Part shown: piece after piece, positions 28,939 to 38,371 of the stretch
Layout of the letters: the number at the start of each line of letters is the position of its first letter
Position numbering within the stretch: position 1 is the stretch's first letter
Assembly: GCA_021828545.1 (NCBI GenBank)
Contig: JAJZEN010000081.1
Location: 1,849 to 65,848, forward strand
Direction: 5' to 3'
DNA: 64,000 nt
Source of the DNA: Actinomycetes bacterium
Lineage (GTDB): Bacteria; Actinomycetota; Acidimicrobiia; Acidimicrobiales; RAAP-2
Notes under the pieces: generated by a model
The model's input: only the letters and a program-made list of their open reading frames with translations
Told to the model about the DNA's origin: nothing
Database searches by the model: none
Position numbers and translations under genes: made by a program

Positions 28939-29174
28939 GACTTGAAAAAAGGGGGTGGTCTGGGAGGGGAAGTACCGCACGCCCCCACGTAACTCGATGC
29001 GTCGCTCACCGCGGTCGAGACATTCGCGGCGGGCGGGGTCACGTTGAGCGCCAGCGTGGTTGGTAAGTCGGGGAAAGTTCCTCCCCCCGCAATTTCGATG
29101 GCGATCTCCGCGCCGACATCCACGCTGAGCGTGAGAAGCATTCGCCCGCCCCGCGCCATGATCGACTCGAACAT
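28917..29174 (-). CDS. 85-aa leaderless hypothetical protein (alternatively a structured ncRNA)
   Basis: TAGAGT box 7 nt before ATG 29174; high third-position GC over the first ~65 codons; the stop codon falls in the hairpin loop. Confidence 0.5.
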   Translation of the reverse strand: MFESIMARGGRMLLTLSVDVGAEIAIEIAGGGTFPDLPTTLALNVTPPAANVSTAVSDASSYVGACGTSPPRPPPFFKSAPRPRA

Positions 29175-29260
29175 CCTTACTACTCTACGAAAGTGAATTC
29201 TTTGCAATATTGGCCTCCCAATACCGCGTATTGTCCGTGGGCTCATCTAGCGTCGAGGTC

Positions 29261-29722
29261 GTGTCCGTCATGACCGGAGAGTTGATCATCCCCCACGATG
29301 CGCCCAGCGATCTGATTCGCGCGGCCGGTGGCATCGTGATTCGCCCACTCGGGAGCGACTTCGAGGTGGCCTGCATTTACCGTGAGTCTCGTCGCGACTG
29401 GAGCTTCCCCAAGGGAAAACTCGACGACGGGGAAACCTTCGAACAGGCCGCACTCCGCGAAGTATGGGAAGAGACGGGAATGAAGTGCGAGGTCATTCGT
29501 TTCGTGGGGACGACGAATTACACTCATCGTAAGGGTAAACCTAAGATTGTTGCGTACTACTTGATGAGCGTGTCGACCGGGGAGTTCGCTCCCAACGACG
29601 AAGTGGACGTCCTAGTGTGGTTGCCCCTGGAGAAGGTGCGCGAACACCTCACGTGGGACCGCGACCAGGAGTTGTTCGACCTCGTAGCGACGATGTCCGA
29701 AGTCCAACCTCCTGGCGCCTAG
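29261..29722 (+). CDS. NUDIX hydrolase
   Basis: Nudix box GKLDDGETFEQAALREVWEETG. Start revised to GTG 29261 (TAGCGT box 7 nt upstream). Confidence 0.92.
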   Translation: MSVMTGELIIPHDAPSDLIRAAGGIVIRPLGSDFEVACIYRESRRDWSFPKGKLDDGETFEQAALREVWEETGMKCEVIRFVGTTNYTHRKGKPKIVAYYLMSVSTGEFAPNDEVDVLVWLPLEKVREHLTWDRDQELFDLVATMSEVQPPGA

Positions 29723-29835
29723 CGACTGACCGCGGCGTTGGTGTTGGCGCACGCTGGGCGGCGAATGAACCTGGGACCGTGGGCGCACGCGCCCAATGAC
29801 GCGGACATGGCCGACTGAGTAAGATGGAGTTGCTC

Positions 29836-29930
<95 letters not shown>

Positions 29931-29959
29931 CAACACCGAGCGCTCCGCGCTCGGTGTTG
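29931..29959 (+). terminator. Hairpin after tRNA-Ser(GCT)
   Basis: Perfect 13-bp stem CAACACCGAGCGC/GCGCTCGGTGTTG. Confidence 0.65.
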
Positions 29960-29980
29960 GCGTGTTACGAGGAGAGGCTC

Positions 29981-31285
29981 ATGCGCTACTGGATTGAAAC
30001 GCTGGGTTGTCCGAAGAATCACGTCGACTCAGAGAAGTTGGCGGGAATGCTCGTCTCCCAGGGGTACGACGTCGCAGTATCAGCGAGCGAGGCGGACCTC
30101 GTCGTGGCCAATACGTGTGCCTTTATTGAAGCGGCTCGCGAGGAATCGATCGAGACGGTGCTCGAACTCGCCGACGTCAAGCGTCCGGCGGCGCGACTCG
30201 TCGTCACCGGCTGCATGGCGGAGCGTTACGGCGCCGAACTCGCCGCCGCTCTACCCGAAGTGGACCTGGTCGCCGGCTTCGGCGAAAGTCTCACTTCGAA
30301 CGTCGCTTCGACAGCGGTGAGTCTGCGGAGACGTCCGACGACGGACTTCGACTTGCTCAACCTGCCCCGACCCGCCACCACTGCTCCCTGGGCGTACGTC
30401 AAAATCGCCGAAGGTTGTGATCGCCGTTGCGGTTTCTGCGCCATTCCGTCGTTCCGGGGAGATCAACGCTCACGTTCGACCCAGGACATCCTCGCCGAAG
30501 CGCGAGCCCTCGTGGCGGGCGGAGTCAAAGAGATCGTGCTCATCGCCCAGGACCTGGCCAGTTGGGGCCACGACCGGCGCCGGGGCGCGCTCGGCGAGGC
30601 GGTCGAGGTGCTCGACGAAGGTGGCACCCAACCACTGATTGAACTCACGCGCGCGCTCTCGAGCGAGGTCGAGCGAGTCCGACTGCTGTACTTGTACCCT
30701 TCGGGCCTTACCGTTGGGCTGATTGACACGATCCTGTCGACGGGTGTTCCCTACTTCGATTTGTCATTGCAGCACTCGTCACGGCCCCTGTTGCGCGCTA
30801 TGCGACGCTGGGGGGACGGCGAACGTTTTCTCGAGCGCATCGCTCTCATTCGCGCGGCCGACCCCGACGCGACGTTTCGTTCATCCTTCATTTTGGGCTA
30901 CCCCGGTGAGACCGAGGATGATCAACGTCATTTGCTCGAATTCCTCGAGGCGGCCCAACTCGATTGGGCCGGCTTCTTCACCTTTTCTGACGAAGACGGG
31001 ACGTTCGCGCACGAGTTGGGTGATCACGTACCCCACGAGTTGGCGCTCGAGCGTTTGCGCGAGGCCTCTGAGTTGCAAGACGCTATTACTGCGGTTCGGC
31101 GCGACGCCGTCGTGGGGACGAATCAACGAGTGCTGATCGATGCGCCGGGAGTGGCTCGTAGTGTACGAGAGTGTCCCGAAATTGACGGCATCGTGATGGT
31201 CGACCCGACGCTTCGCGTCGGGTCATTTGTGGACGTCCACATCGTGGCGAGTCACGGGACGGACGTGGAGGGGGTGGCGATATGA
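29981..31285 (+). CDS. rimO: Ribosomal protein S12 methylthiotransferase
   Basis: TLGCPKNHVDSE, radical-SAM CDRRCGFC and PEIDG (TRAM). ATG 29981 follows GAGGAG. Confidence 0.93.
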   Translation: MRYWIETLGCPKNHVDSEKLAGMLVSQGYDVAVSASEADLVVANTCAFIEAAREESIETVLELADVKRPAARLVVTGCMAERYGAELAAALPEVDLVAGFGESLTSNVASTAVSLRRRPTTDFDLLNLPRPATTAPWAYVKIAEGCDRRCGFCAIPSFRGDQRSRSTQDILAEARALVAGGVKEIVLIAQDLASWGHDRRRGALGEAVEVLDEGGTQPLIELTRALSSEVERVRLLYLYPSGLTVGLIDTILSTGVPYFDLSLQHSSRPLLRAMRRWGDGERFLERIALIRAADPDATFRSSFILGYPGETEDDQRHLLEFLEAAQLDWAGFFTFSDEDGTFAHELGDHVPHELALERLREASELQDAITAVRRDAVVGTNQRVLIDAPGVARSVRECPEIDGIVMVDPTLRVGSFVDVHIVASHGTDVEGVAI

Positions 31286-31857
31286 CGACGCGCGAACGAA
31301 TCTACGGTGAAACGGCGCTCCTCACCCCGGCGAACCTGATGACGATCTTTCGCCTCGCGGTGGCGCCCGTCTTCATCTACATGATCGTGGTGCACCGCAT
31401 TTCCTGGTGGACCACGGGGGTGGGTGCTCTCGCGGCGGCCTCGGACTATTTCGATGGAATAGTCGCGCGTCGCCACGGCACGACGACCTCGGGTGCGTTT
31501 CTCGACCCTCTGGCGGACAAGGTCGTCGTTCTCGGTGGTCTGTACGCCATTATTATTTCTCGACCGCACGGCGTCAGTAGTTTCATTATCCCTTCGGTCA
31601 TCATCACGTTGCGAGAGATTTGGATGAGCGTGCACCGATCGCGGGCGGCCAAGCTCGGCTTCTCGATTCCGGCCGTGAAGATCGCCAAGTGGAAGACCTT
31701 CGTTCAAGACTGGGCCATCGCGTTTTGCGTGATCCCGCTCACCGCACGTCACCTCAGAATCGCCGACGTCACGATCTGGGTGGCCGTGGTCATGACCGTC
31801 TACACGGGGTGGCGCTACTACGTGGACGGACGAAAGATATTTTCTCGTGCGCGTTGA
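31282..31857 (+). CDS. pgsA: CDP-diacylglycerol--glycerol-3-phosphate 3-phosphatidyltransferase
   Basis: TPANLMTIFR and DYFDGIVARR..TTSGAFLDPLADK. Confidence 0.9.
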   Translation: MTTRERIYGETALLTPANLMTIFRLAVAPVFIYMIVVHRISWWTTGVGALAAASDYFDGIVARRHGTTTSGAFLDPLADKVVVLGGLYAIIISRPHGVSSFIIPSVIITLREIWMSVHRSRAAKLGFSIPAVKIAKWKTFVQDWAIAFCVIPLTARHLRIADVTIWVAVVMTVYTGWRYYVDGRKIFSRAR

Positions 31858-33106
31858 GATTGTCGCCGTCGGTACCGAGCTTCTCCTAGGCCAGATCCCC
31901 GACACGAATTCGCAGTGGCTCGGCGAGCGACTCGCGGCGAACGGAATCGCGTCGCACTACCACCAGCACGTCGGCGATAACCACGAACGCATCGTGGCGG
32001 CCTTTCGCATCGCCCTGGGTCGCAGCGACGCCGTGATCGTCTGTGGCGGCCTTGGCCCCACGCAGGACGACATCACCCGCGCGGCTCTCGCCGAAATTAT
32101 GGGCGTCGAACTCGTACGACACGATGACATCATTAAGAAGATCCGCTCCTTCTTCGACTCTCGAGGACGCGCCATGTCCGACAACAATCTCCTCCAGGCG
32201 GATGTCCCGGCGGGGGCAAAGGTCATTGAGCAGATTCGCGGTACGGCGCCGGGACTGATCTGCCCCGTGGGTGACCAGGTCATGTACGCAGTGCCCGGAG
32301 TGCCCTACGAGATGAGCGACATGTTCGAGCGCGCTATTCTCCCCGATCTCTTGACGCGCCAACGCGCGCTCGGACAGACGTCGGTGATCGTGAGTCGCGT
32401 CTTGCGCACCTGGGGCGCGAGCGAATCGGGTCTGGCGGAAGCCGTCGCCGAACGCTTCGACGCACTCATCGACTCCGAACGGGTCACGATCGCGTTCTTG
32501 GCGTCGGGCATCGAGGGGATCAAAGTTCGGATCACGGCGCGGGGCCATGATCGCGACCACGCTCTGGCATTGCTCGACGAAGAGGAACAACTCGTACGTG
32601 CCCTTATTTCGGGAGCGTTCGGCGACATCGTGTTCGGCGTCGATGCTGAGACCATGGAATACGCGATCGCCACGCGACTCCTCAGGCGCGGGTGGACCCT
32701 GGGATTAGCCGAATCCCTCACCGGTGGTCTTATCGCGAGTCGATTGGTCAACGTGGTGGGGGCGTCGCAGTGGTTCCGTGGCGGATTGGTCAGTTACGCC
32801 TCGGACGTGAAGTACGAACTGCTCCAGGTGACGCGCGGTCCGGTGGTGCGCGCCGCGGCGGCCGAAGAGATGGCTCGAGGTGCCCAGCGTTTGCTCGAAG
32901 TTGATGTGGCGTTGGCCATCACTGGCGTGGCCGGTCCCGATGAGCAGGACGGATTTCCCCCCGGTACGGTGTTCGTGGGACTGGCGATCGGCGACGATGT
33001 CAGTCACGCGCAGTTACGAGTACCGGGCGACCGCGAGCGGGTCCGTTCCTATAGTGCTATTGGCGCCCTCGACGCACTTCGGCGTGGACTCGATCGACTC
33101 GACTGA
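31847..33106 (+). CDS. cinA: Competence/damage-inducible protein CinA (NMN deamidase fusion)
   Basis: VGTELLLG, GGLGPTQDD, GTAPG and AESLTGG motifs; pgsA-cinA-recA synteny. Confidence 0.93.
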   Translation: MRVEIVAVGTELLLGQIPDTNSQWLGERLAANGIASHYHQHVGDNHERIVAAFRIALGRSDAVIVCGGLGPTQDDITRAALAEIMGVELVRHDDIIKKIRSFFDSRGRAMSDNNLLQADVPAGAKVIEQIRGTAPGLICPVGDQVMYAVPGVPYEMSDMFERAILPDLLTRQRALGQTSVIVSRVLRTWGASESGLAEAVAERFDALIDSERVTIAFLASGIEGIKVRITARGHDRDHALALLDEEEQLVRALISGAFGDIVFGVDAETMEYAIATRLLRRGWTLGLAESLTGGLIASRLVNVVGASQWFRGGLVSYASDVKYELLQVTRGPVVRAAAAEEMARGAQRLLEVDVALAITGVAGPDEQDGFPPGTVFVGLAIGDDVSHAQLRVPGDRERVRSYSAIGALDALRRGLDRLD

Positions 33107-33123
33107 CTCACACTCGGGCACAT

Positions 33124-33159
33124 CCGTACTACGAACACTTGTTCGTAGTACGGTACATT
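33124..33159 (+). promoter_or_regulatory. LexA (SOS) box upstream of recA
   Basis: CGAAC-ACTT-GTTCG (GAAC-N4-GTTC at 33133-33144) inside a perfect 13-bp-arm palindrome; TACATT -10-like box at 33154-33159. Confidence 0.85.
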
Positions 33160-33231
33160 GCAGCGAAGAACGACCGATGTGACTGGGGGCCGATAGCGTG
33201 CCCCTCGTGACGAAGAACAAGGAGACATCCA

Positions 33232-34281
33232 ATGGCGACCGACGACCGCGCTAAGGCCCTCGAATCAGCGCTGGGCCAGATCGAGAAGCAGTTCGGCAAG
33301 GGCTCGATCATGCGAATGGGTGAGAACCTGCACATGAATATCGAGTCCATCCCGACGGGAGCACTCGCCCTGGACATGGCCCTGGGTATTGGCGGACTAC
33401 CGCGAGGGCGTATCGTGGAGCTCTACGGACCGGAGTCTTCAGGAAAATCTACGCTGGCGATGCACGTGGTGGCCGAAGCCCAGCGAAATGGTGGAGTGTG
33501 CGCCTACATCGACGCGGAGCACGCCATGGACCCCATCTACGCGCGAGCGATCGGTGTGAACGTCGACGACCTCTTGATCTCCCAGCCCGACACCGGTGAG
33601 CAGGCCCTGGAGATTTGCGACATGTTGATTCGGTCGGGCGCCCTCGATGTCATCGTCATTGACTCGGTGGCCGCCTTGACACCGCGCGCCGAGATCGAAG
33701 GGGATATGGGAGATTCGCACGTCGGCCTGCAGGCACGTCTGATGAGTCAGGCCCTGCGCAAATTGACCGGTGGACTCTCGAAGTCCAATACCGTTGCGGT
33801 GTTCATTAACCAGTTGCGTGAGAAGATTGGCGTGATGTACGGATCGCCCGAGGTCACCCCCGGTGGTCGCGCGCTCAAGTTCTACTCCTCGGTACGCCTG
33901 GACATTCGTCGAATCGAGTCCATCAAGGACGGTACCGAGGTCGTGGGCAACCGTACGCGCGTCAAGGTCGTGAAAAACAAGTGTGCGGCGCCGTTCAAGC
34001 AGGCCGAGTTCGACATAATGTACGGCCAAGGCATCAGCCGCGAGGGCTCGGTGCTTGACGTGGCGGTCGAGCTCGGCTTCGTGAAGAAGGCTGGGGCCTG
34101 GTTTACTTACGAAGGTGAACAGATGGGCCAAGGCCGCGAGAACGTGAAGACCTTCCTCCGCGAGAATCCTCAGACGATGGCCGAGATCGACGGTCGAGTC
34201 CGTGAACACCTCGCCACCGCGTTGTTGCCCGACGTCGTCGGGGCCGAGGTGGATGTGGACGCCCCGTTAACGCTGGACTGA
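33232..34281 (+). CDS. recA: Recombinase A
   Basis: [20 protein letters not shown] and GGRALKFY motifs. No intein; recX does not follow. Confidence 0.99.
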   Translation: MATDDRAKALESALGQIEKQFGKGSIMRMGENLHMNIESIPTGALALDMALGIGGLPRGRIVELYGPESSGKSTLAMHVVAEAQRNGGVCAYIDAEHAMDPIYARAIGVNVDDLLISQPDTGEQALEICDMLIRSGALDVIVIDSVAALTPRAEIEGDMGDSHVGLQARLMSQALRKLTGGLSKSNTVAVFINQLREKIGVMYGSPEVTPGGRALKFYSSVRLDIRRIESIKDGTEVVGNRTRVKVVKNKCAAPFKQAEFDIMYGQGISREGSVLDVAVELGFVKKAGAWFTYEGEQMGQGRENVKTFLRENPQTMAEIDGRVREHLATALLPDVVGAEVDVDAPLTLD

Positions 34282-34299
34282 TGAGTTGAAGAACACTAT

Positions 34300-34767
34300 T
34301 CAGCGACCGCGGGGTCAACTTTCCTACGAAGTAGTGTGACGTCAGCGGCCTCGCGTGGGGCAATCGCCCGGTTCGATCGACAATGGGGATTCCGCTGGGT
34401 GGCTTGACGTGGACTGCAGCGTCGTGGCCGGTGGTCGGTCCCTCGGGTGACGACGTGGGAGTGTGTCCATCATTCGTGCTCGCTACGGGGCGAACGTGGT
34501 CCTCGAATGTCTCGCGTTGCATTTGAGCTACGCGCTCTTGTCGAAGGTGCACGTCACCGCCGAAAAGGATCTCAAATAGAGCAAGCAGCCCCGCAGTGGC
34601 AGAACGAAGATGAGGAGCACCCACGGTGCCTTGAGGGTTCCGGTGAGGTCGTGGCCAGGCATGACGTCGTGAAAGTCGTGAAAGACGTGAAAGATCAGGC
34701 TGATCCACGCGATGAGACGGGCGAGATATTGAGTCGAGACGAAGGCGTGGAACAGGGGGCAAGTCAA
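34300..34767 (-). pseudogene. Frameshifted PLDc_N + SHOCT-type membrane protein remnant
   Basis: AWISLIF..HDLTGTLKAPWVLLIFVLPLRGCLLYL, then in another frame GGDVHLRQERVAQMQRETFEDHVR. A 9-nt tandem triplication lies inside. Confidence 0.65.
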
Positions 34768-34899
34768 CGTAATTGTGGTGGAAGATCTCGGCGGCGTTGA
34801 CTAGCCCTCCCACGCAACGAGAGTGACCAGAGACCCAGGTCCAGCACCATTTCGTAGAGTCGTGGGTCGAGGCGAGTCCGTCACGTGGGTCGTTGCGAC

Positions 34900-35195
34900 G
34901 TGAACGGTCGCCGCGGCAACCTTCCGAGTGATCGACCAGGTCGCCGCGGAGGCGAGGAGAGGGCTGACGGGCACGTTTCGCTACGCCAGTAGGTGACCGG
35001 GCCAGCGTCGCACAACGAACTACGCGGCGACCCTGGATAACTGCTGCGGGGAGATTCGCCTGGGCGTTCGAGAGTTCTCCGTTGGTTACCCCCGCTTTTG
35101 CGTGGGGTCCGCGAACTCAAGGTGTCGGGGGCCATCGCCGGCGAGGTGAACGGTCGCCGGCGCAACCTTTCGAGTGATCGACCACGTCGCCGCGG
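34900..35195. repeat. Pair of 50-bp imperfect direct repeats, 196 nt apart
   Basis: Copies at 34900-34949 and 35146-35195 are identical at 46 of 50 positions. Confidence 0.9.
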
Positions 35196-35219
35196 CGGTG
35201 TCGAAGTAGCGTTATCTCG

Positions 35220-35861
35220 GTGAACCTGCGCCTAAGGTATCGACGTCGGTTGGGTGAGTGGATTCGCGCGGCGCGGCGGTACGCGAACGAGGTCGCGACG
35301 GTAGCTCCCCACGACGACTACGCGAAGAAATTCTTCTACTTCGGCGTCGGTGCGGGTCTCATCGGCCCCCAGGGAATTATCTACAACGAGCGGTACCTGT
35401 CCATCGGTGACCACACACTGGTGGGTCCTCAAGTGTGCCTCACGGCTGGAATTAGCGCGGAACAAGAGATGCTGCACTCACCCGTCGTGCGCATCGGTAA
35501 GAAGTGCATCATCGGTCGCGGTTCGCACATCATTGGTCATTGGTCCATCTCATTGGGGGACGAAATCCAGACGGGACCCTACGTGTACATCACTGACCAG
35601 AACCACACGTACCTCGACCCCGACGTGCCGGTGGGGTGGCAGACCCCCGAAGAGTCGGCGGTGTCGATTGGCTCGGGCAGTTGGCTGGGCACCCACGTCG
35701 TCATCCTGCCCGGCACGCACCTGGGTAGGAACACGACGGTCGCGGCGGGCGCGGTGGTGCGCGGGACGTTTCCCGATCACGTTGTCCTGGGCGGCGTGCC
35801 CGCTCGCGTGCTCCGACACTATTCGCCGGAGACGGGCTGGCAGCCGGGAGCGCCGACGTGA
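35220..35861 (+). CDS. Hexapeptide-repeat (left-handed beta-helix) acyltransferase
   Basis: VRIGKKCIIG, ITDQNH, VSIGSGSWLG, VILPG and GGVPARV motifs. Confidence 0.88.
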   Translation: MNLRLRYRRRLGEWIRAARRYANEVATVAPHDDYAKKFFYFGVGAGLIGPQGIIYNERYLSIGDHTLVGPQVCLTAGISAEQEMLHSPVVRIGKKCIIGRGSHIIGHWSISLGDEIQTGPYVYITDQNHTYLDPDVPVGWQTPEESAVSIGSGSWLGTHVVILPGTHLGRNTTVAAGAVVRGTFPDHVVLGGVPARVLRHYSPETGWQPGAPT

Positions 35862-37129
35862 AGCAACATTTCGGCGTGGACCTCACGCCGTTACGCACCT
35901 CGCCACAATATCGTCGGCTCTACGTCGCGGGTTTCATTACAGCACTGGGTTCCCAGGCCACGTACGTCACCATACCCTTTCAACTCAAGGGACTCACCCA
36001 CTCCCCCCTCGACGTTGGGGCGTTGGGGCTCGTGGAGTTGGTGCCACTGGTTCTGTGTGGCCTCTACGGCGGCGTCCTCGCCGATCGCATGAACCGTCGC
36101 CGCCTCATCATCGCGATGGAGACCGTTTTGATGGTGGCCACCGCCACGGTGCTGGTCAATGCCCTCGTGCCGCGCCCGCAAGTCTGGATCCTCTACGCGG
36201 ACGCGGTCGTGGCCGCCGCCGCGTCGAGTGTGCAACGACCCAGTATCGAGGCCCTCAATCAAACCTTCGTGCGCCACGACCAGCAACGCGCCGCGTCGAC
36301 CTTGGCCAATATTCGCTATACGACCGCCTCGATCATCGGACCGGCTCTCGGGGGACTGGTGGCCGTCGCCGTGGGACCAAGCGCCGTCTACGGTGCCAAC
36401 CTGGTGACCTTCGCGATGTCGATCTACCTCCTGTCAGGTTTGGCTCACCAACTCGCACCAGCGTCACTCGACGACAGTGATCGCGCCGCGCTTCGCGCTG
36501 GACTCTCCTTCTTGCGCGCGCGGCCCGATATCGTGGGGACCTACATCATCGACCTACTGGCCATGACGCTCGCCTTTCCCGTCGCGATGCTGCCGTTCGT
36601 GGCGGCGCGATTCCACTCGACCTACGCCCTCTCCCTGCTGTACTGCGGGCTTCCAGGCGGAGCACTACTCTTCACCGTCGTGTCGGGCTGGACCCGACGG
36701 GTGCACCACTACGGACGTGCGGTCGTCGCGTCCGCGGCGGCGTGGGGGTTGGGCATCGCCGTTTTCGGGTATTGCTCTTCGCTGTGGTTGGTCCTCGCGG
36801 GTCTGGGCGTGGCCGGCGCGGCTGATTCGCTCAGCGGGATCTTTCGCTCGACCATGTGGAACGAGTCCATTCCCCCCGAGATCCGGGGCCGCATGGCGGG
36901 CTTGGAGATGATCTCGTATTCACTCGGTCCCACCGCGGGACAGTTCCGTGCGGGAGTGATGGCCGCGTGGACCAGTCTGCGGTTCTCCTTGACCTTCGGC
37001 GGACTGGCGTGTACTGGTTCGGTGGGAGTCGTCGCCGCGGCGCTGCCGTCACTGTGGCGTTTCGACGCCCGCAGTGACGTGCACGTCGCTCGGGTGCGTG
37101 AGGCGCGCAATCGTCTCGAATCGCCGTAG
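35858..37129 (+). CDS. MFS transporter (EntS-like)
   Basis: GVLADRMNRRRL motif A; IPPEIRGRMAG; multiple transmembrane segments. Confidence 0.88.
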   Translation: MKQHFGVDLTPLRTSPQYRRLYVAGFITALGSQATYVTIPFQLKGLTHSPLDVGALGLVELVPLVLCGLYGGVLADRMNRRRLIIAMETVLMVATATVLVNALVPRPQVWILYADAVVAAAASSVQRPSIEALNQTFVRHDQQRAASTLANIRYTTASIIGPALGGLVAVAVGPSAVYGANLVTFAMSIYLLSGLAHQLAPASLDDSDRAALRAGLSFLRARPDIVGTYIIDLLAMTLAFPVAMLPFVAARFHSTYALSLLYCGLPGGALLFTVVSGWTRRVHHYGRAVVASAAAWGLGIAVFGYCSSLWLVLAGLGVAGAADSLSGIFRSTMWNESIPPEIRGRMAGLEMISYSLGPTAGQFRAGVMAAWTSLRFSLTFGGLACTGSVGVVAAALPSLWRFDARSDVHVARVREARNRLESP

Positions 37130-37157
37130 CGCTCACGAAACCTCGTAGCATTTAGCC

Positions 37158-38339
37158 GTGCCTCGCGTCTCGTACCTCGTCACCGTGTCGGGACCTGACC
37201 GCATCGGGGTCGGCGCCGAACTCTTCGCTGCGCTGGCGCGCGTGAGTGCGCACGGTGGCCAGCTCTCCGACGTGGCCCAGATCACCATTCGCGGTTCCCT
37301 GGTGCTCTGCGGAGAAGTCACCGTTGATGAGACCGTGCGCGCCGAGGACGTGCGTCGCGCACTCGCGTCATGTGATATTGAGCGCGACGGTATTTCGACC
37401 CACGTGGAGCGCGTCATACCCGATCTCGCGCTCGAGGGTGGTCGATTGCTGGTGACGCTGCTGGCGCCGCGCATCGACGCGGCCCACCTCGAGGGCATCT
37501 TTCGCGCTATTGCGGCGGTGGGGGCGACGTGCGAGCGTATCGTGCACCTAGCGAGTTATCCCGTCGATTGCTACGAATTGGTGGTGCGCGGCTCGGACCA
37601 CGCGGCCTTGCGCGAGACCGTGACGCGGGTGGCCCAGGCGAGTGGTGTGGACCTCGCCGTGCAGCGCGCGGGTCTGCACCGGCGCGCCAAGCACCTCGTC
37701 GTCATGGACGCCGATTCGACCCTGCTCCAGGACGAGGTTATTGACCTGTTGGCCGAGGAATGTGACTGCGCCGACGAGGTAACGAAGATCACGGAACTCG
37801 CGATGGCCGGTGAGTTGGATTTCGCCGAATCACTGCGCCGCCGGGTGGCTCTCCTCGAGGGTCTCGACGCGAGCGTGCTCGACCGAGTGCGCCAAAGGTT
37901 ACGACTCACCCCGGGGGCCCGGACGCTCTTGCGCACCCTGCATCGACTGGGGTACGTGCCCGCGGTGGTCTCGGGTGGCTTCGTGGAAGTGCTCGCGCCG
38001 CTCCTGGCGGAGTTGCACGTGGAGTATCTCGAAGCCAATCACCTCGAGATCATTGACGGCAAACTGACGGGACGATTGACCTCGCCCATCGTGGACCGGG
38101 CCGGGAAGGCGCGCGCGCTCGAGCGCTTCGCCGCTGAAGTCGGCGTACCCCTGGCTCAGACCGTCGCCGTGGGCGACGGGGCGAACGACATCGACATGAT
38201 CTCCGTGGCGGGACTGGGCATCGCCTTCAACGCCAAGCCCGTGGTACGCGAACACGCCGACGCGGCGCTGTCGGTCCCCTATCTCGACGCCGTCTTATAC
38301 TTCTTGGGCATCAGCCGAGAAGAGATCGAGACCCAGTAG
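37158..38339 (+). CDS. serB: Phosphoserine phosphatase (ACT domains + HAD)
   Basis: VSGPDRIGV, MDADSTLLQDEVID, VSGGF and VGDGAND motifs. Confidence 0.95.
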   Translation: MPRVSYLVTVSGPDRIGVGAELFAALARVSAHGGQLSDVAQITIRGSLVLCGEVTVDETVRAEDVRRALASCDIERDGISTHVERVIPDLALEGGRLLVTLLAPRIDAAHLEGIFRAIAAVGATCERIVHLASYPVDCYELVVRGSDHAALRETVTRVAQASGVDLAVQRAGLHRRAKHLVVMDADSTLLQDEVIDLLAEECDCADEVTKITELAMAGELDFAESLRRRVALLEGLDASVLDRVRQRLRLTPGARTLLRTLHRLGYVPAVVSGGFVEVLAPLLAELHVEYLEANHLEIIDGKLTGRLTSPIVDRAGKARALERFAAEVGVPLAQTVAVGDGANDIDMISVAGLGIAFNAKPVVREHADAALSVPYLDAVLYFLGISREEIETQ

Positions 38340-38371
38340 CCGTCTCCCGGGCCGATGAGGAGCGACGAAAC

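Noticed and set aside
34881-35165. 94-aa minus-strand ORF across the repeat patch
   Set aside because: Low-complexity Arg/Pro/Ser product generated by the repeats; no start signals.
34900-35195. CRISPR mini-array interpretation of the direct repeats
   Set aside because: Only two 50-bp repeats with a 196-nt spacer and no cas genes; geometry is incompatible.
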